DNA of 64,000 bases, taken from assembly GCA_963842085.1 (NCBI GenBank), contig CAWJET010000002.1:1622507-1686506 (forward strand), read 5' to 3'. The stretch is from an uncultured delta proteobacterium. Lineage in GTDB: Bacteria; Desulfobacterota; Binatia; Binatales; Binataceae. The position numbers and the translations under genes were made by a program. Numbering within the stretch: the first letter of the stretch is position 1; each line of letters begins with the position of its first letter. Of the stretch, positions 31,255-42,218 are shown in pieces. Below the pieces are notes generated by a model. The model saw only the letters and a list, made by a program, of their open reading frames with translations. It made no database searches and was not told where the DNA came from.

Positions 31255-31515
31255 CTACTTAGCCAAGCGCGGATCGTCGGTCGCGATGCACTTCGCGCTC
31301 CAAATGTATCCGCTCACAACTTTGCCATTTTCTTGACGAAGTGCGTATCTCAGGAGCGAAGCCTTTTGGCACTGAGCTGCGGAATCGTACGACCATTGTA
31401 GGTCCCACTGCGAAAGGGGCGCTCGATAGTCACGCTCTCCATTCTTGAGAACAGGCGGCATCATCAAATACCAGCCTACAAGCGCGAGCGCGGCGGCGGC
31501 GTGGCGGGGGTTCAT
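31255..31515 (-). CDS. Small secreted constant-ended protein, unit C
   Basis: MNPRHAAAALALVGWYLMMPP...APLSQW...C...CIATDDPRLAK. Confidence 0.8.
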   Translation of the reverse strand: MNPRHAAAALALVGWYLMMPPVLKNGERDYRAPLSQWDLQWSYDSAAQCQKASLLRYALRQENGKVVSGYIWSAKCIATDDPRLAK

Positions 31516-31586
31516 TTCGAGAACGATTTGACAGACGGGCCCGCGACCGACAAATGGGCGCGCGGAGAGTCTTTGCGGTATTGGCG

Positions 31587-31793
31587 TCATTTCAGCCCCG
31601 CTGACGGGAGTGGCGTCTTTTGAAATCCAAGGTGGCTTTTTTTCGCCAAAAGTGCTATATAGCAGTGGTCGGTCCTTTCATCCCTCGATGAAGCCGAAGG
31701 CACGCGTGGAAAATATGCCCTCATGGTGAAGCCAACGCGTGCCTCGCCCTCTCGGCCGACAAGCGCGAGCGCCACTGCGTGGCGGGGGTTCAT
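31587..31793 (-). pseudogene. Unit B, only the leader MNPRHAVALALVG retained
   Basis: ATG overlaps the stop of unit A; similarity ends after 13 codons. Confidence 0.6.
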
Positions 31794-32119
31794 TTCCACT
31801 TTTCCTTGAGGCGCGGGTCGTCGGTCGCGATACAAGCGGCGTTATCGACGCGCGCTCGTGCGAGTTCGGGATCAGCCGGTTGCCGTCTCTGAAAGCGCCT
31901 CAGCTTCCCAGTAGCGTCAAGCTTCGCCGGATCGCCATTCTTGTTTTGGAGTTCCGTGAGCGCCTCCTTGCAAATATCAGCGCTGTTAAAGCTGGTTACG
32001 ATGGTCCAGCGCGAAATTGGAGCCGCCGAATCAATGGAATGAGGACGACCCGTGAAATTGGGCGGCACCATCAGATACCACCCCACAAGCGCGAACGCGG
32101 CGGCGTGGCGCAGATTCAT
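31790..32119 (-). CDS. Small secreted constant-ended protein, unit A
   Basis: MNLRHAAAFALVGWYLMVPP...APISRW...C...CIATDDPRLKEKWK. Confidence 0.8.
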   Translation of the reverse strand: MNLRHAAAFALVGWYLMVPPNFTGRPHSIDSAAPISRWTIVTSFNSADICKEALTELQNKNGDPAKLDATGKLRRFQRRQPADPELARARVDNAACIATDDPRLKEKWK

Positions 32120-32269
32120 CGAGAATGCCATTGAGCGGTGGAAGGTTCTCTTGCCCCGCGATATTCCACGCCCTCGTCATGAGCGGAAGGGTCATGAATC
32201 ACATGGAAAATGACAGGGTAGCCGCCAAGTGTCGGCCTTCTGAAGAATAACCAAGCCGTAGAGCAGCTG

Positions 32270-32356
32270 GGCGACTTCGATGCCGAGCATTAGCAATTCA
32301 CCGTGTATTCGCGGCGCTCCCCAGAGTGGGTTCTCCTCACTCATCCGTCGGATGAG
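32270..32356 (-). mobile_element. Internal fragment of an integrase-core transposase
   Basis: LIRRMSEENPLWGAPRIHGELLMLGIEVAQ. Confidence 0.75.
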
Positions 32357-34668
32357 TGTCGGGGCTGATGATGCTCAATCGAGCGACGATGAACTATCAG
32401 AGCCGAAGAGATCGGCAACACGCATTACGAACGCGGATGCGGGAGCTGGCCGCGAGCCGGGTGCGGTTCGGCTATCGACGGTTGACGGTGCTGCTCAGGC
32501 GCGAAGGCTGGGCGGTTAACCCCAAGCGCATCTATCGACTCTACACCGAAGACGGACTTGCGGTGCGGACCAAGGTGCGCAAGAAGATCGCGCGGCGCGC
32601 GCGGGTGCTGCTGCTAGCGGACAGCTCGCTGAATGGTCACAAGGTGGCATTGGCGCTATCGCAGGTAATCGCAGAGCGCGGAGCGCCGGTTTCGATCACA
32701 GTCGACAACGAACTAAGTAAGAAAGCAATGGCCGGGAGCGAACACACATCTGCGAGGGCTCGCGAAGCGAGCAGTGGGCTACGATTGCGCAATAGTCTAG
32801 GGACGGTGAACCGGCGCTGTAGCCTCCGTGTCGGCGCACCGTCAAGGGTTCGCTCGCGGAGCTCGCCGGCTGATGCCGCCCTTGACCGGCGCCGCCACTG
32901 CGGCTGAGTGGGTAGTTAGCGGGAGCTAAAGCTCCCGGACTGCTACGCAGCCGTACTGATGCGAACAGGCAATCCAAGTGGTTCCACCTCAGGTGTGGGC
33001 GCGGCTCTCACCATAGTAAACACAGGATCCAGCAGGCCAAGCGCTGTGGTCCTCACCGAACTCAAAACAGATATGCCAACCCAGGTGGAAGGCCCGAACA
33101 TTATCGACGGGGTCGAAACCGCCCCAACGGCACTTGCACGAGAGGGCTCCTCCACCTGGAACTGGTGTTCAAAAAACGGCCGATAATCGACCTGATGCTT
33201 GATCAACCCGAAGATCACTCGCGCCAGCTTGGCAGCGACCGCAGTGTAAGCCTTACGCCGGAGGTCCGCATCGAGCGGATTGCCGCGAACGTAGTTGTCG
33301 AACTTGCGACGGAAACTGTTCTCCCGCAGTCGGACCGCGGTCTGCGCCGCCATCCACAAAGCGGTACGCAGCCTGGCATTGCCGTACTTCGAGATGTGGC
33401 TCTGACCACGCGATTTACCCGACTGCAGGGTGGAGAGGTTCAAGCCGCAGAAATTCAGGGACTGGCGATGGTGCCGGAAGCGGCGTAGATCGCCGGCCTC
33501 GGCAAGAATGGTTAGGGCGTTGGCCGGCCCGATGCCCGGCACGGTCATGAGTCGCCGGCTATCGGAATTACCTTCCAACAGGAGCGCAGCCTGTTCGGCG
33601 ATCCGCTCACGCAACTGATGCAGGATCAAATACTGCTCGAGAACCAGGCGGAACATTGCAATGGCGGCACTATCGATCGCCATCGGCACACCGATCGACC
33701 GTTTCGCGGCAGTGTAGATCTCCGCCAGCAGCCCCGCTTGCTCACTTTGCGGCCGACCAGGTTCCACGCCCGCGTCTGGAACTCCTCTTCGCTCAACGCG
33801 GTAATCGAGGCCGGCGTCGGAAAGCTGGCCAACAGTTGGATCAACCAAACGCTATGGTCCGAGCGAACGAAGCGATCAATCTCCGGGAAATAGAGCGAGA
33901 AGTAATGGTTGCGCAGCGTGTGCCAGACCCGTACCCGCGCCAGCGTCACCTGGAAATGGGTCTTCGAGAGTTCCTGAATATCGTTGATGCCGTTGACGAC
34001 TGGATCGTGCCAGGTCTGCGCCAATCCGGTCTTCAACAGATGGAGGATCACTTGGGCGTCCTTCGGATCGTTCTTATCCCATGAGTTGTGCATGGCTTCG
34101 CGAGTACGGGCCAGCGCCAGAGTAGAAATCAGACGCAGCTCGCAACCCTGGCGGTGGAGAAAATACGCCAGCGGCCGATGATAGTTCCCGGTCGCTTCAA
34201 AGCCGACCAACACCGAACTCTTGAACCCTCTCAGATAACCGGCCAAGTGCTCAAAATCCTCGAGATTGTTCGCCAGTCGCAGCCGACATCGTCGTTTCGG
34301 AGCCGGCGGTTCGATAAGAACATCGTGATAGTGCTTGGCGATGTCCACCGCTACCAGTGTCACGCTGGGGCGTATCGTTGCTCTCGGTCATGGCTGGAGA
34401 TCCTCCCGCTAAAGGTTGGGCTCGCACCGCAACCATCGCAGGAGTGTTAATCGTCGGCCATGACCGCTTCCCGACGTATTACGGGACGGAGTTTGCAAGC
34501 AAAGCGATGGACGCGTGAGCGTATCAGTACGGCGTGCAACTCAACTTCATCCGGCCGGGCCGGCCGGTGGAAAACTGCTACATCGAATCGTTTAACGGTC
34601 GGCTGAGGGATGAGTGCTTGAACGTCGACGTATTCTTTGCGCTCATCGACGTGCGTGACAAGCTCGAG
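32357..34668 (+). mobile_element. IS3 family (IS407-like) orfB remnant interrupted by IS110
   Basis: RFGYRRL...ITVDN | GTEFASKAMDA*...IRPGRPVENCYIESFNGRLRDECLN. Confidence 0.85.
32711..34483 (-). mobile_element. IS110 family element, transposase frameshifted (ATG 34391)
   Basis: VAVDIAK, FEATGNYH, KNDPKDA, VPGIG, QSG, GNARLR; ACG core at both junctions; long 3' non-coding end. Confidence 0.9.
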
Positions 34669-34940
34669 CCACCGGTCACCCAGGATCAGATTCTGACGAG
34701 GCACAGCCGACAGGTTCGTTCGATTCACCATATGTTCGCCGATACTGTCTGGCTGGCTAGCCGGTCCGTTGAAACTATCCATGCCGGCGTCATGTCGATG
34801 AATCTCGAAACCCTAGACTTTTCGCTTTTCAGAGTCTTTGGTAGGCACAACCGCCAGCTCATCGAAACCACCAACCAATTTGGGCGGATTAAGTTTTGAG
34901 GAGCCACAGGTTTCGTTTTCAGCGAGAACCCCGCTTCCTG

Positions 34941-36596
34941 TTAGCGACCCTCGCTCTTGCCAGTGGATTCATTCAATCCGGACTGTACCGCGCTTCGTAC
35001 CGACGGATGAAAGGTTTCACCAATCCGTTCTGCGAAGCCCGAGCGGATCAATTTATCCCGGATTTCGTTTTTGACGCGCGCGACCACGAATGCGATTCCC
35101 TTTGCAGCCAGCTCTGACCGGATCTCCTCCAACGCCTCCAGGCCGGTCATGTCGATTACATTGATCGCCTCCATATCGAAGACAAAAAGGTGTAGCGATT
35201 GACCCGACAAAGCTACCACATCGCGCACTCGCTTCTTGAAGTAATCAGCATTGAAGAACAAGAGCGCCGCGTCGAAACGATAGACCAGGAGCCCTGGGAT
35301 TGTCTGTGCGTTGGGGTATTCGCTGATGTCGGTAAATCCATCGACGCCGGGAACTTGCCCAAGGATCGCGTCGTAGGGACTCGAAGCGCGTCTTATGAGA
35401 AGAATGAGGCTGAGCATCACAGTCAGGGCGATCCCCGGCAAGACTCCGATTGTCGCGACACCTAAGGTCGCGATGAGGGAAAGCGCAAATTCCGATCGGC
35501 TGATATCGCGCATCTTCCACACAGTCTGAAAATCGAAAAGCGATGCGCCCGCCAAGACGAGTACCGCGCCCAGCGAAGCAGTCGGAATGTAGGCGAGCGG
35601 GCCAGTACAGACCATGAGAACCAATGCCATAACAAGGGCAGCCGTCAATCCGCTCACCTGCGACCGGCCGCCAGTAATATCGTTAATTGCCGTGCGTGAG
35701 TCCGTGCCCGCAATCGCGAAGCCGCTCGAAAGACCGGAAGTAACGTTTGCCAGGCCGAGGGCGATGAATTCTCGATCTGCCGCGACTTCGTATCCGTTCC
35801 GTACAGCAAAGCTCTTTGCCGCTACCATCGAACCGCAGAAGCAAATCAGAACGATGCCTCCTGCGTCGGGTAGAAGACGGACCGCGTCAAGGAGAAAGCC
35901 AGCCGGCACGTGAGGCCACAGGAATCCCGCCGGAACCGCGCCCAACGTCTTCACTGCCCATTTTTCTGAGTCCAATATGGCCATCATTGCGATTCCACCG
36001 CAGACACCGACCAGCGCGCTCGGAAGGCGGGGAGCAAGTCTTCCTATCACGTAGATAAGTATGAGGGTAACGACTCCTACAATCAAAGTTGGGAAATGTG
36101 TACGCGGGAGCTTCGAAACAAAATCTGCAATCCGCAGGAAGAACCCGGTGTCAGTGCGTACTGCATATCCGCACAACTTTCCGAGTTGACCGCTGACGAT
36201 GGTCAACGCCATTCCGTTTAGAAACCCGACGAGGACCGGACGAGAGAGAAAATTCGCAATCGCGCCCAGGCGTAGCAGCCCACCAGCTATGCAGAGAATG
36301 CCAACGAGTATGGCTAGCGTGATCGAGAGGTCCAGGTAATGCTGCGGACTTCCAAGGGCCAAGGGTTCGAGCGCCGCAGCAACCAACGCGCAGGTCGCCG
36401 CGTCAGGACCTACAATGAGCTGTCGTGACGAGCCGACGATTGCATATGCGATCAGAGGAAGAATGCTAGCGTAAAGCCCTACGACGGGAGAAAATCCGGC
36501 CAACTCAGAGTAGGCGAGCGCTGTTGGAATTTCGACTGCGGCTACTGCGACGCCGGCGAGGAGGTCGGTACTTCTCAGCGACGTACTTCTTAGCAA
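34941..36596 (-). CDS. SulP family anion transporter with STAS domain
   Basis: DLLAGVAVAAVEIP, GSSRQLIVGP, YRFDAALLFFNA; start uncertain. Confidence 0.92.
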   Translation of the reverse strand: MLRSTSLRSTDLLAGVAVAAVEIPTALAYSELAGFSPVVGLYASILPLIAYAIVGSSRQLIVGPDAATCALVAAALEPLALGSPQHYLDLSITLAILVGILCIAGGLLRLGAIANFLSRPVLVGFLNGMALTIVSGQLGKLCGYAVRTDTGFFLRIADFVSKLPRTHFPTLIVGVVTLILIYVIGRLAPRLPSALVGVCGGIAMMAILDSEKWAVKTLGAVPAGFLWPHVPAGFLLDAVRLLPDAGGIVLICFCGSMVAAKSFAVRNGYEVAADREFIALGLANVTSGLSSGFAIAGTDSRTAINDITGGRSQVSGLTAALVMALVLMVCTGPLAYIPTASLGAVLVLAGASLFDFQTVWKMRDISRSEFALSLIATLGVATIGVLPGIALTVMLSLILLIRRASSPYDAILGQVPGVDGFTDISEYPNAQTIPGLLVYRFDAALLFFNADYFKKRVRDVVALSGQSLHLFVFDMEAINVIDMTGLEALEEIRSELAAKGIAFVVARVKNEIRDKLIRSGFAERIGETFHPSVRSAVQSGLNESTGKSEGR

Positions 36597-36675
36597 ATAA
36601 CCGCTCCACCTATGCTGTTATGAATCGCTTCAGTCGAATAGCGAAGGTGTAGTCTGTTGCCTTGGCTGAACCAGC

Positions 36676-37650
36676 TTAATCGTCCACTTCCCGCCAAGTC
36701 GCGTCGGGATTGTATTCGGTTGTTTCGCTTGCCACTTTGGCCGTGTCCGCGCCAAGGTCCTTCTGAACGATAACGCCGTCCTGATTTATCATAAACGTCA
36801 TAACGCCTGACGCGCGGTATGTGGCCGGATAGGCGAGAAAGGCAAACCCCTGCGTCATTTTCTCCTCTTCCAGATAATCCTTCGCGCCGCTGGGAGCATT
36901 TTTGCCCTGCCGGGTGAGGACTCTGTAGTAGTAACCGTGGAAAGGAATGGGCGTGCCCGTTCCGGTCTTGTAGCCCTCGGCTGTCGCATCCGCAATTAGA
37001 GGTCCAATTGGACTCTCCTCTTCCCCAGAGCTAACAGGCCAGTATAGGCCATCATGTTTGCCCGGGTCGCTCTGGATCTTCTGCGCAAAATGCTTGACGC
37101 CTCCGTCATCCAGAGTCTCGCTTGCATATTCCTGTTGCGCCTCAGCAAGGTCTGCCAGGACGTCGATTGTAAACAGCTCGTTGGGCCCGATCCGACGGTA
37201 GAGTAGCTCTCTTTTTCCGGAGGCAGTGTTAAATACCCATCCGTCGGCCTTCTTCACTAACGGAATCGGGAAGGGCCAGTTGTCGGCCCCCAGATACAGG
37301 GTCACTCGACCTTTGTCATCATACGCCAAGCGGTGCATCTCATCGTACTTGGCAACAAAATTGTCTCGCGCGTTGTTATCGGCAACCGGATCGCCCGACG
37401 AGAGAATCTCTTTCGCGTCTCCGCCTAGAATCGAAGAAAGAGCGGCCATATCGTCGGTATGTGCTGCCGCTACCAGTGCCTTTGCTGCTACCGTCCCTGA
37501 TGGGAACACTTGCTGCCCAGCCGCCGTAGCTGCTGCGCTTGAGAGGGTCAAGAAGCTGCAGGCGAGCGCCGAGATGGCGCCTATACGTCTGCATTTGTCC
37601 GACATCATTGAATTCTTGAAGTTGAGCATCGCTAATCTCTCTTGGTTCAC
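36676..37650 (-). CDS. DUF2950 family exported protein
   Basis: WPFPIPLVK, RRIGPNEL, DGLYWP, PFHGYYYR, SGVMTFMINQDG. Confidence 0.85.
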   Translation of the reverse strand: MNQERLAMLNFKNSMMSDKCRRIGAISALACSFLTLSSAAATAAGQQVFPSGTVAAKALVAAAHTDDMAALSSILGGDAKEILSSGDPVADNNARDNFVAKYDEMHRLAYDDKGRVTLYLGADNWPFPIPLVKKADGWVFNTASGKRELLYRRIGPNELFTIDVLADLAEAQQEYASETLDDGGVKHFAQKIQSDPGKHDGLYWPVSSGEEESPIGPLIADATAEGYKTGTGTPIPFHGYYYRVLTRQGKNAPSGAKDYLEEEKMTQGFAFLAYPATYRASGVMTFMINQDGVIVQKDLGADTAKVASETTEYNPDATWREVDD

Positions 37651-37708
37651 GGTTCCCTTTTACCCGTTCCGACTGCGAAGGATCCTCGGGAGCGGCCCGA
37701 ATCGCCAG

Positions 37709-38127
37709 CTAGCGTCGTCGCCCCCCGCCTCCGCCACGTCCACCGCCGCCTCCGCCTCCTCGACCACCTCGGCCGCCACCGCCGCCTCGGCCGCGTCCTG
37801 CACCGCCGCGGCCACCGAGTCCGCCTCCGCCCAAGCTGGACCTCCCCCGGTTGCTCGAGTTTTGGGCAAGTCCACCGGGTTGATAGCCACTGAATGCGCC
37901 GTTGCGACCGCCTCTAGCATCAGCTCCGGCGCCAAATCCTCGCTTCTGATTGTTGGCGCGATTCGCAGTTGCGGGTCGGTTAGATGCCATGCTATTGGCC
38001 CGCTGGGCTGGGCGCATCGATGCTGGGGCCGGCCGATTTTGCCCCGGATTCCGCTGCGAATTGCCAAGCGCGGAACTGTTCGGGAGGGCTTCTGCCTTCG
38101 GGAAGGTAGGTTTCGCGATATTCGGAC
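37709..38127 (-). pseudogene. Gly/Arg-rich C-terminal tail, probably of a DUF3300 protein truncated by IS3
   Basis: GAFSGY...SSNRGRSS...GGGRRR* directly upstream of DUF2950, its usual partner. Confidence 0.6.
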
Positions 38128-39640
38128 TGTACGTCGTCAGAACCTATTGGACAAGTTGGCACAGGAATTAAGAGAGGATCTGGTCCATCTGAGTTGAACC
38201 TTTGGCTGCGAACGAATGATGCAGCCGGCGTCTGGCTTCGATGGTTTTCAGTTTGGCATTTTTCCTCCGTGACAGAATCGCGGGACCTCGGCCGAAGTAG
38301 ACGTCGGCCGGGGTCAGGTTGTTGAGACTTTCGTGGTAGCGGCGCGAGTTGTAGTAGTCGACGAACTCGGCCAGGCGCGCTTCGAGCTGACCGGGCAGGT
38401 AGTAGTTCTCGAGCAGGATCTGGTTCTTCATCGAACGATGGTAACGTTCGATCTTACCCTGGGTCATCGGGTGATAGGGCTTGCCGCGGGTATGCATCAT
38501 GCCATGCTCCGCGAGCCAGGAGCCAAGCTGGGCCGACACGTACGACGGTCCGTTGTCGCTCAGCAGGCGCGGCCGGTGCCGGACGCGGACGCGCTCCAAC
38601 CCGGAGTTGCGCAGCGCCATCGCGAGGGTGTCGGAGACATCGGTGGCAGTCATGGTGGTACACAGCTTCCAGGCCAGGATATAGCGCGAGAAGTCATCAA
38701 GGACAGTCGACAGATAGAACCAGCCCCAGCCGATCACCCGCAGGTAGGTAAAGTCGGTCTGCCAGAGTTGATTGGGTGCGGTGGTTGGATGGGCGAAGCT
38801 GTCGGCTGCCTTCATCAAGATGAAGGCCGGGCTGGTGATCAGGTCGTGCGCCTTCAGCAGCCGATAAACTGAGGCTTCCGAGACGAAGTACTGCTGCTGG
38901 TCGACGAACGAGACCGCCAACTCCCGCGGCGATAGCTGCGGTTCTTTGAGCGCAAGCTCGAGCACGGCCTGAGTAACTGCAGCTGGGAGCTTGTTCCACA
39001 CCCGCCGCGGCGCCGGCGTGCGATCCTCCAGCCCTTCATCATCGCGAGTTCGATAGCGATCGTACCAGCAATAGAAGGTGGACCGTGGGATGCCGATCTG
39101 CTCCAGGGTGCGCCGCACCGGCAGCGACGACTGCTCGACCAGCCGGATGATCTCCAGCTTCTCGGCGGCCGCGTACCTCATATATCGGACTCCCCATCCG
39201 CCAGCACGCTTTTTTTGAGCAGGCGGTTCTCCATCATCAGTTCGGCCAGCAGTTCCTTGAGCTGATGGCTCTCCGCCCGCAGCTCCTTGACTTCATCGCT
39301 GGTCGCTTCACGCGCGGTATCGCCGGCCAGCCGCCTCTTGCCCGCCTCCAGGAAGTCCTTGGACCAGCGATAGTAGAGGTTCTGGTTGATCCCTTCCTTG
39401 CGGCACAACTCGGCCACGCTATCCTCGCCGCGCAGGCCGGCGATCACGATCCGGACCTTGTCCTCAGCCGAGAAGTGCCGGCGGGTCGCCCGCCTTATGT
39501 CGCGTACCGCCTTTTCCGCCCCATCCGACTGCGCATCGATTTTCGATCTCATCTACCGCTCCTTCCGCGGTTAAAGATGAGCCAAAAACCCTCTCTTCCT
39601 CAATCGCCTCGAATTGTCCAACTTGTGCTGACGGGGAACA
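38128..39640 (-). mobile_element. IS3 family element, complete (orfA 39178-39552, orfB 38168-39181)
   Basis: IRs TGTTCCCCGTCAGCACAAGTTGGACAA / TGTACGTCGTCAGAACCTATTGGACAA; A7G slippery site near 39210; WQTDFT, SDNG, GKIER. Confidence 0.95.
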
Positions 39641-40460
39641 CCGCTGGCCCTTCGATCTCGACATCGGTGTCGCGCCACGCCTTGGAATCGCTGTCAGACA
39701 CTTTTCTGCCGCTGCCGGAACCGCTCGAATAAACGTTGCTGATGTTGATACCGCCAAGGAAGGCAATCTTCCCGTCGATAATCATGAGCTTGCGATGGTC
39801 ACGATGGTTCGTGGAAAAGAAATGAAACCTTCTTTTCGCGGGGTTGAGCGGATTGAATCTGAGCGCGCGGATTCCGCTCTCCCGAAGGCGCTCAAAAAAA
39901 GCCTCGGAGGTGTGCATCGAGCCGAAGTCGTCGAAGATGATATTCACCTGCACGCCCGCACGTTGCTTCGCGATCAGCACGTCGGCAAATTCTTCTCCGA
40001 TTGAGTCGTCTTCGAAGGTGAAGGTTTCGAGATGGATGTTGTCGGTCGCGCCCTCGATTGCATCGAACATCGCGCGGTAGGTGTCGGGCCCGTTCTTGAG
40101 CAGCGTCACCTTGTTTCCAACTATCAGCGGACTGCCGGTGATCGCCTGTTCGAAGGCGAGATGACGGTCCAGGATGTCGGTGTCGCCCGTTCTCTGCTCG
40201 AGTCTGGTGACGATATGCCGTTCTCGATCCTTCGCCAGGGGACCATCAGCTCCCGCGAACTTTGGCGATTGGCGATAAAGATGTGGCGAGTGGATGGCCT
40301 CGACGGCGTCGGGCATCGTGCCGCAGCCCGCCAGACCAAGGAGAGCAAGAATCGCGACTAGAGCGACTATCCGAATTCGCTGGAGTCGCGCCCGGCACCG
40401 CGCTCGAAATTCGTCTTCAGCATGAGGCATCACGCTGCCTGCTCTTCTTATCGCGATCAA
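39641..40460 (-). pseudogene. Cardiolipin synthase/PLD, 3' half deleted at the IS3 end
   Basis: GNKVTLLKNG, first HKD motif HRKLMIID, WRDTDVEIEGP, then IS sequence. Confidence 0.88.
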
Positions 40461-40483
40461 CGCACACGAACGGATAATCGCGC

Positions 40484-41935
40484 CTACTGCGTTCCCTTTC
40501 CGTTGTCATGCGACGCTTGTGCGTGTTGTTGACCTCCAGCGTGCTGCTCCTGTCGGGGTTGCTCCGCGCGATGAGTTTCTGCCTGATGTTGCGCAGGGCG
40601 CGGCGCCTCTGCATGACGCGCTTCCTGATGTTGCGCGGCGTGAGCCTGCTCCGCGCTAGGCGCTTCCGCTCGGCGCTGTTCTGCGCGCCGCTGTTCAGCG
40701 CGAGACGCTTCCGCTCGGCGCTGCTCCACGCGCGGCTGCTCCGCACGAGGCGCTTCCACCCGGTGCTGTTCTTTGCGAGGCTGTTCAGCTCGGGTCGCTT
40801 CTACCGCCCGGTGCTGTTCAGCGCGCGGCTGTTCCACACGACGCGTTTCCACTTGGCGCTTTTCAGCGCGCGACTGCTCCGCTCGATGCGCTTCCGGTCT
40901 GCGCTCTTCTACGCGCGCCGGTTCCAACCGTCGCTGCGGCTCACGCGCAGCCTGCTCGCGCGTCGCTTCGTGTAATGCGCGCTCACGCCTTTGATCCTCG
41001 AATCGTCGCTGTGCGGACCCGTTCGAGGCGAGGCGGCCTTCGGCCATGCGCTGCCGTTCGACGCGTGCCTGCGCCGCGAAAGCCTGCCGCCCCTTCATCC
41101 AATCCGGATGGTTCGAGGCGACCCATTTCGGATCTTTAGCAGTCCAATAGGAAGCGGCATGCCAGACATGGCTGCGGTCGTAATCGCCGTGCCAGTCGGG
41201 GTGACGCGAGCTTACCCAGCTTGGATCTCTCTGCACCCAGTAGATGGCCGGGCGCCACTCATGATGATCGTCGTAGTCACCCCACCATTCTGGATGATGT
41301 CGCTCGACCCAGCTCGGCTGATTCTGCCACCACCACGCCGCTGGGTACCATTGATCCCGGTAGTAGTCGCCCCACCAGTCGGGATGATACTCGCGGCACC
41401 AACCGGGTTGGTTCTCCCACCACCAATCCGCAGGATACCAATATCCTTGATAGGGAGCGCCCCACCAGTCGGGGTGATCCCGCTCCGCCGATTCTGCGAA
41501 CAACATTTCCCACCATGACGCGGGATACCATTGACCGCGATAGTAATCGCCCCACCATTCCGGATGATGTACCCGAACCCACCCGGGCCGGTTTTGCCAC
41601 CACCATGCCGCGGGGTACCATTGGCCTCGGTAGTAATCGCCCCACCATTCTGGATGATGATGGCGGACCCAGTTGGCGTCGTGGCGCCACCACCACCATG
41701 CGGCTTGCCAATGCCTCTCGGAGTCGAAATCGCCCCACCATTCCGGATGATGCGAGCGGGCCCATTCCGGCTGCGATTGATACCACCAGGCGGCATCGCG
41801 CCAAGTGTGACTGTCATCATAGTCGCCCCAATTTGGCAGGGCGTACTGCGCACGCGCCGGGGTAGCGCGGCTCAGCCCGATAAGGAGCATCAGGATCGCT
41901 ATGGCCGCCACTAATAGATTTCTTGTTCTGTTCAT
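40484..41935 (-). CDS. Secreted Trp-rich tandem-repeat protein with charged low-complexity tail
   Basis: Signal peptide; 8 repeats of 30-31 aa (WWGDY...W...WW...W...HP[E/D]); RAEQ-type repeats. Confidence 0.85.
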   Translation of the reverse strand: MNRTRNLLVAAIAILMLLIGLSRATPARAQYALPNWGDYDDSHTWRDAAWWYQSQPEWARSHHPEWWGDFDSERHWQAAWWWWRHDANWVRHHHPEWWGDYYRGQWYPAAWWWQNRPGWVRVHHPEWWGDYYRGQWYPASWWEMLFAESAERDHPDWWGAPYQGYWYPADWWWENQPGWCREYHPDWWGDYYRDQWYPAAWWWQNQPSWVERHHPEWWGDYDDHHEWRPAIYWVQRDPSWVSSRHPDWHGDYDRSHVWHAASYWTAKDPKWVASNHPDWMKGRQAFAAQARVERQRMAEGRLASNGSAQRRFEDQRRERALHEATREQAAREPQRRLEPARVEERRPEAHRAEQSRAEKRQVETRRVEQPRAEQHRAVEATRAEQPRKEQHRVEAPRAEQPRVEQRRAEASRAEQRRAEQRRAEAPSAEQAHAAQHQEARHAEAPRPAQHQAETHRAEQPRQEQHAGGQQHAQASHDNGKGTQ

Positions 41936-42035
41936 CGCGATTGCTCCTTGATGGAATGCGCCGCGACATTCCCCCGTCAATCCGTCAACGCTGCGATGGA
42001 ACCTTTGCGCGGGGTCCGGCGCACTCTGATCAAAA

Positions 42036-42051
42036 GGCAAGCTTTACGCCA
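42036..42051 (-). promoter_or_regulatory. Putative sigma-54 promoter of the Trp-repeat gene
   Basis: Minus strand TGGCGTAAAGCTTGCC. Confidence 0.55.
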
Positions 42052-42218
42052 ACCGCGCGCCGCGGCGCCTTCTGAATTTTTCAGCAGCCAAGTCGCTGAC
42101 CGTGAAAAATTTGCCGGGTCTTACCTGATGGGATGGACCGCTCCCTGCTGGATAACCGCCACAATGGGCCAAGGTGGTACGCTCGACCACCAACAATCGA
42201 AGCAGGGAGGGTCCGAAA

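Noticed and set aside
30851-32119. Integron cassette array or CRISPR
   Set aside because: No attC boxes, integron integrase or cas genes; the repeats are protein-coding.
37700-37840. CCG microsatellite
   Set aside because: Encodes the Gly-rich protein tail.
41100-41830. CRISPR-like 90-bp periodic repeats
   Set aside because: In-frame protein repeats with degenerate codons.
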